Source: Faecousia sp. (lineage in GTDB: Bacteria > Bacillota > Clostridia > Oscillospirales > Oscillospiraceae). Taken from it: a stretch of 64,000 bases of DNA. Position 1 is the stretch's first letter, and each line of letters begins with the position of its first letter. This document shows positions 59,251-64,000 of this stretch, in pieces. The notes under the pieces were generated by a model, which saw only the letters and a list, made by a program, of their open reading frames with translations, was not told the origin of the DNA and searched no databases. The stretch lies in assembly GCA_034094395.1 (NCBI GenBank), contig JAXEAK010000052.1:3557-67556 (forward strand), written 5' to 3'. Both the position numbers and the translations under genes were made by a program.

Positions 59251-60632
59251 TACTTGGAGAGAAACTTGTCGATTGCCTCGGCGCCCTTCTTGCCGGCGCC
59301 CATGGCCAGAATCACGGTAGCGGCGCCGGTGACCGCGTCGCCGCCGGCGAACACGCCGTCCCGGGTGGTCATGGCGTCCTCGTTGACGATCAGGCAGCCC
59401 TTCCGGTTGGTCTCCAGACCGGGGGTGGTGGAGCGGATCAGGGGGTTGGGGCTGGTGCCCAGCGCCATGATGACGGTGTCAACATCCAGAACAAATTCGG
59501 AATCGGGCACGGCGATGGGACGACGGCGGCCGGAAGCGTCCGGCTCACCCAGCTCCATGCGCACGCACTTCATGCCGCTGACACGGCCGGTCTCGTCGGC
59601 AAGAATCTCCACAGGGTTGCACAGAGTCTTGAACTCGATGCCCTCTTCCTTGGCGTGGTGCTGCTCCTCCAGACGGGCAGGCATCTCGGCCTCGCCCCGA
59701 CGGTAGACGATGTAAACGTGCTCGGCGCCCAGACGCATGGCACACCGGGCGGCATCCATTGCCACGTTGCCGCCGCCAACCACGGCCACAGCCTTGGACT
59801 TGATGATGGGGGTGTCGGCATCGTCATTGTAGGCCTTCATCAGGTTGGTGCGGGTCAGGTACTCATTGGCGGACAGAACGCCCTTCAGGCTCTCGCCGGG
59901 GATACCCATGAACATGGGAAGACCCGCGCCGGAGCCCACAAACACGGCCTTGTAGCCCATCTCGAACAGCTCATCGATGGTCAGAACCCGGCCGATGACC
60001 ATGTTGGTCATGACTTCCACGCCCTGAGCCTGCAGCTTGGTGACCTCGTTGGCCACGATGGCCTTGGGCAGACGGAATTCGGGGATGCCGTAGACCAGCA
60101 CGCCGCCGGCGGTGTGCAGAGCCTCGAACACGGAAACCTGATAGCCCTTCTTGGCAAGATCGGAAGCGCAGGTCAGACCGGCAGGGCCGGAACCGACAAC
60201 AGCCACCTTGATGCCGTTAGACTCGGCCTTTTCCGGCATGGCGTTGACGTTTTCACGATACCAGTCGGCAACGAACCGCTCCAGACGGCCGATGGCCACA
60301 GGCTCACCCTTGATGCCGCGCACGCACTTGCTTTCGCACTGGGTCTCCTGGGGGCAGACACGGCCGGACAGCGCGGGCAGAGCGTTGGTGGAGGTGATGA
60401 TCTCGTAAGCGGCCTTGAAATCCCGCTCACGAACCTTGGCGATGAACTCGGGGATGCGCACGTTGACGGGGCAGCCCTCCACGCACTTGGGGTTCTTGCA
60501 GTTCAGGCAGCGGCCCGCTTCCTCAACGGCCATTTCCTCGGTGTAGCCCAGGGTGACCTCCTGGAAATTCCGGGCACGGACCTGGGGATCCTGCTCGGGC
60601 ATGGGGACTTTCTTCAGAGACATATTAGCCAT
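59250..60632 (-). CDS. nfnB: GltD/SudA-like flavoprotein, large subunit of electron-bifurcating transhydrogenase Nfn
   Basis: RCLNC..CVEGCP, GRVCPQETQCE, GSGPAG, YGIPEFRL, GGGNVAMD, FAGGD. Confidence 0.85.
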   Translation of the reverse strand: MANMSLKKVPMPEQDPQVRARNFQEVTLGYTEEMAVEEAGRCLNCKNPKCVEGCPVNVRIPEFIAKVRERDFKAAYEIITSTNALPALSGRVCPQETQCESKCVRGIKGEPVAIGRLERFVADWYRENVNAMPEKAESNGIKVAVVGSGPAGLTCASDLAKKGYQVSVFEALHTAGGVLVYGIPEFRLPKAIVANEVTKLQAQGVEVMTNMVIGRVLTIDELFEMGYKAVFVGSGAGLPMFMGIPGESLKGVLSANEYLTRTNLMKAYNDDADTPIIKSKAVAVVGGGNVAMDAARCAMRLGAEHVYIVYRRGEAEMPARLEEQHHAKEEGIEFKTLCNPVEILADETGRVSGMKCVRMELGEPDASGRRRPIAVPDSEFVLDVDTVIMALGTSPNPLIRSTTPGLETNRKGCLIVNEDAMTTRDGVFAGGDAVTGAATVILAMGAGKKGAEAIDKFLSK

Positions 60633-60646
60633 TTCCCGTTACCTCC

Positions 60647-61501
60647 TTACTTGATCAGCGCCTTGCCCATGGCATCCATGCGGCAGGTGTGGGTGGAGGC
60701 AACCTCGGCCTCCCGGTCGCGGTAGATGCCGTTGCGGCTCATCAGCTCAGCAAAGTCCACCTTGTGGCCGTCGAACTCGGGGCCGTCCACGCAGGCAAAC
60801 TTGGTCTCGCCGCCCACGGTGACACGGCAGCCGCCGCACATACCGGTGCCGTCGATCATGATGGGGTTCAGGGACACACTGGTGTGAACGCCGAAGGGCT
60901 GGGTAGTCTTGGCAACGAACTTCATCATGGGCACGGGGCCGATGGCGAGAACCTCGTCGAACTGCTCGCCTGCCTCCAGCAGCTCCTGCAGGGGCTGGGT
61001 GACCAGACCATGACGGCCATAGGAGCCGTCGTCGGTCATCATGATGAAGTGATCGGCGACCTGCTTGAACTCGTCCTCCAGAATGACGATGTCCTTGCTG
61101 CGGAAACCGACGATAACGGTGACCTCAGCGCCGGCCTCTTTGAAGCCCCGGGCAGAGGGCAGTGCGATGGCGCAGCCTACGCCGCCGCCGACAACACAGA
61201 CCTTCTTCTTCCCTTCCACAGGGGTGGGCTTGCCCAGAGGGCCCACGAAATCACGGATGTAGTCGCCCTCGTTCAGAGCGCCCAGAGCGTTGGTGGAGAA
61301 GCCAACCTTCTGGAAAATGATGGTGACGGTGCCAGCTTCCTTGTCGGTACCGGCGACAGTCAGAGGAACACGCTCGCCCATTTCATCCACACGGAAAATG
61401 ATGAACTGGCCGGCCTTTGCCTTACGGGCAATGAAGGGGGCCTCAATGTCCATCAGGGTGACGGTGGGATTCAGCTCCTTCTTACGCACAATTTTATACA
61501 T
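60647..61501 (-). CDS. nfnA: PyrK/SudB-like FAD/[2Fe-2S] small subunit of Nfn
   Basis: GERVPLT, GPLG, GGGVG, MIDGTGMCGGCR..CVDGPEF. Confidence 0.85.
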   Translation of the reverse strand: MYKIVRKKELNPTVTLMDIEAPFIARKAKAGQFIIFRVDEMGERVPLTVAGTDKEAGTVTIIFQKVGFSTNALGALNEGDYIRDFVGPLGKPTPVEGKKKVCVVGGGVGCAIALPSARGFKEAGAEVTVIVGFRSKDIVILEDEFKQVADHFIMMTDDGSYGRHGLVTQPLQELLEAGEQFDEVLAIGPVPMMKFVAKTTQPFGVHTSVSLNPIMIDGTGMCGGCRVTVGGETKFACVDGPEFDGHKVDFAELMSRNGIYRDREAEVASTHTCRMDAMGKALIK

Positions 61502-61616
61502 TTCTGATCCGTCCTTTTCCTTTTCAGAATGGTGATATACGGCATTGGATATTTCACCCAATCAATCCCATTATACCGTGTTTCGGCACATTTGTCAAAC
61601 GATTCTACAGTAAAAA

Positions 61617-61893
61617 AGCCTTCCCCTTTGGGGAAGGTGCCCCCGAAGGGGGCGGATGAGGAACGGCGGCGGCTCCAATTTGGAGTGCAGTAGAATGAAA
61701 AAGTACAGCCTTCAAAATTGTACCATCTTTGCGAACTGCATTCGTATGATGACTTTTCACCGATCCACATCCGTCATACTGTTTCTCGATAAAATGGTTA
61801 ACACCATTTTATCCTGCGCTTATCGCGCAGGCCGCCACTGGCAATCATTTTCATCTTGATTTGCTGCGCGGAGCACCACCCCCGGGGGAAGCC
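61617..61893. repeat. GCCTTCCCC...GGGGAAG element with a longer internal segment
   Basis: CCTTCCCC-ttt-GGGGAAGG-TGCCCCGAAGGGGGCGGATGAGG at left; CACCACCCCCGGGGGAAGCC at right. Confidence 0.55.
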
Positions 61894-61904
61894 ATATTTG
61901 CCGC

Positions 61905-63029
61905 TCATTTTTTATGGCCTTCCGTGACGGGACCGATGCGGAAGGCATCCAGCAGCCTGTTTTTCCCACCGACCAGCGCTTTTCGTACCGGTTCCGTAAG
62001 AACCGCGGCCATGTAGCACAGAATCAGGCCGTTCAGCAGGACAAGAACGGGATTTTTGGGGAAATACAGTACAATCTGCGTAAACTGCCTGCAGCAGTTA
62101 AAGAAAATACAGTGATAAAACCACATCAGCATGGAATGCTCTCCGATTTTTTCCAGAATCCGGAAGAGAAAACCGTTGGGACACAGCATCAGCAGATTTG
62201 CCGCGCCATAAAGAAACAGCGGCGCATTGAGAATGTCCGACGTCAGCATGAGCGTATAATCACCAGAGCGGAAGGTGACGCTGCCGAAATTCAGCGCCCC
62301 AATGTAGTACCGTCCGCGAAAGGTTGCCCAGACCATCAATGCAGGCAGCACAACGCGTACAGCGAAACCGGACTTTTCTCCTCTTTGCAGAAAGGTATCC
62401 AGCCACTTCTCAAACAGTCCATACTTTCCAAACAGATACCCCACCGCAACGCAGGGCCACCATTGCCGCAGATTCCAGACAACGGCGCCTACCAACGGCC
62501 GAGGCTCCAACGCGTACCAGATGTTCAGCGCCGCCGTTGGAAGCAACAGCAAAAGCAGCACATCCATTACAGGGGAGCGGGAATCCCGCCTTGTCAGAAG
62601 CGGAAGCGCCAGCATGATTATGCAGAAGAAGTAGACATACCAGCAAAAGGACATGACTGTGCTGTTCAAACCCAGCAGCTCGCACACCACGCCGGATTTG
62701 GACAGCGTGTAGCAGCCGCTCCAAGCCGCCAACGCGATCATCGGAATCGCAGCCATCCAGTAAGAAATCAGAAAATCCGTGATTTTCCGCAGGGAGTAGC
62801 GGATGGTCCCTCTGGAGAAGACGTAAAAGTAACCTGTCAGAAAAGCAAACAGAGATACGCAGATATCCGTCGGCGCACAGAACTGATCTGCGAAGGCTTG
62901 CTGCCATGGATATTCCACACCGCATGTAATCCATTCCGGGAAAGTAAAAAAGTGATGGACAAACATGAGAATCAGCGCAATTCCCTTCAGCGCGGATGAG
63001 GTTTTTCTGTCAAAATAACTGTCTCTCAT
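61905..63029 (-). CDS. Acyltransferase-3 (OafA-like) membrane protein
   Basis: LKGIALILMFVHH, VSLFAFLTGY, WYV, IGEHS..MWFYH; polytopic. Confidence 0.8.
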   Translation of the reverse strand: MRDSYFDRKTSSALKGIALILMFVHHFFTFPEWITCGVEYPWQQAFADQFCAPTDICVSLFAFLTGYFYVFSRGTIRYSLRKITDFLISYWMAAIPMIALAAWSGCYTLSKSGVVCELLGLNSTVMSFCWYVYFFCIIMLALPLLTRRDSRSPVMDVLLLLLLPTAALNIWYALEPRPLVGAVVWNLRQWWPCVAVGYLFGKYGLFEKWLDTFLQRGEKSGFAVRVVLPALMVWATFRGRYYIGALNFGSVTFRSGDYTLMLTSDILNAPLFLYGAANLLMLCPNGFLFRILEKIGEHSMLMWFYHCIFFNCCRQFTQIVLYFPKNPVLVLLNGLILCYMAAVLTEPVRKALVGGKNRLLDAFRIGPVTEGHKK

Positions 63030-63067
63030 AGATTCGCCTGTCCTTCTTTATTGCATTCTCTGTCTGC

Positions 63068-63120
63068 GGGGGCGGGTCATTGACCTGCCCCTGAGATATA
63101 CTGACTGGCGGCCCTGCCGC
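63068..63120. repeat. REP-like hairpin
   Basis: GGGGCGGGTCA-t-TGACCTGCCCC followed by GCGGC-cct-GCCGC. Confidence 0.7.
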
Positions 63121-64000
63121 TTACTTCTTGTGGTCTTCCGTCACCGCGCCGGAGCGGTAGGCGTCCAGCAGCATCATCAGCATATTCACCCGGTCCTGCA
63201 GCTCCGCGCCTTCGTCGGTGTCCCGAATGCGCATCCGGGTCTCCATTTTCTCGAAAATTTCGGAGTCGTTGCGGATATCGTCATTTTTGTGCACCGCGTT
63301 CCACTTGCTGGTGAAGGGCTGGTGGGACACGATCCGGTAGTGCCGGGAGTTGTAGATCAGGGTGTAGCCCGCGATGCCGGAGGTGGACTGATAGGCCCGG
63401 CTGAAGCCGCCGTCAATGACAATCAGCTTGCCGCCGCCCTTGATGGGGCTTTCGCCCTTGCGCACCTTCACCGGCACATGCCCGTTGATGATGTGGCAGT
63501 GCTCCCCCTCCAGACCGAATTCCTTCAGCAAAGCTTCGCACACGGCGGGATCCTGATAGTAGGTGTAGTAGGCGTTCTTCGGTTCCACCCAGGTGCTCTC
63601 GTCCGCGAGAAAGCGCCGCTCGAAGGTGGTCATCCGGTCCCGCCCGAAAATGGGGCTGTTCCGGCCTGCCCACAGCCACCACAGGAAGTCCATGCCGAAC
63701 TGCCGCTCCTCGGAGCCCCGCTTGTCGTAGTAGGCCTTTCTGGCGGTCTTCTCGGCGTAGTCGAGAAAGCGCTTGCCGCTGCGCTCCTTGCCGCCGATGG
63801 TGAAGGTCATTAAGGAGCCGTCGTCGTTCATGGGGATGCAGCCGTGGAAGAGAAGATTGCCGTTGCAGACCTTGTACAGGCCGCCCTTGGAGTACAGGAA
63901 GCGGATATGGCGCTGCAATTTTTCGGAGTTTTCAAAGGAATCCGTCAGCTGGTTAATGACGTGGTTTTCCTCGGCGGTCAGCTCGTAGGGGTTAGCGGGG
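63121..64000 (-). CDS. fbp: Fructose-1,6-bisphosphatase class III (3' part, truncated by the window edge)
   Basis: NLLFHGCIP, SPIFG..MTTFER, IINGHVPV, IDGGFSRAY..GIAGYTL; frame is open to the edge. Confidence 0.92.
   Translation of the reverse strand, partial: PANPYELTAEENHVINQLTDSFENSEKLQRHIRFLYSKGGLYKVCNGNLLFHGCIPMNDDGSLMTFTIGGKERSGKRFLDYAEKTARKAYYDKRGSEERQFGMDFLWWLWAGRNSPIFGRDRMTTFERRFLADESTWVEPKNAYYTYYQDPAVCEALLKEFGLEGEHCHIINGHVPVKVRKGESPIKGGGKLIVIDGGFSRAYQSTSGIAGYTLIYNSRHYRIVSHQPFTSKWNAVHKNDDIRNDSEIFEKMETRMRIRDTDEGAELQDRVNMLMMLLDAYRSGAVTEDHKK

Overview
This is a chromosomal window from a GC-rich, probably spore-forming Clostridia genome (Oscillospiraceae-like, inferred from gene content and repeat families). 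It contains the replication origin region (dnaA-oriC-dnaN-yaaA-recF-gyrB-gyrA-rnhA-remB, then rsmG), parS sites with parAB, serS, rny, guaB, fumC, nfnAB, two tRNAs and other housekeeping genes. The accessory part (about 0.2-16 kb) is the most interesting. It has a 7-gene minus-strand surface-polysaccharide locus built around a PilZ-fused hyaluronan-synthase-like GT2, and a ~750-bp hairpin-dense intergenic region next to tRNA-Arg. It also has a convergent pair made of a BTAD/degenerate-GGDEF regulator and a small internally duplicated hypothetical protein. A CAAAAGATCCGCCG..AAGCC(C)GCAG motif occurs both between that pair and upstream of the polysaccharide locus, suggesting a possibly undescribed c-di-GMP-linked regulatory circuit. 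At least four families of short palindromic intergenic repeats are scattered through the window. No CRISPR array, rRNA, integrase or transposase was seen. All product calls come from reading motifs by eye, not from database searches.
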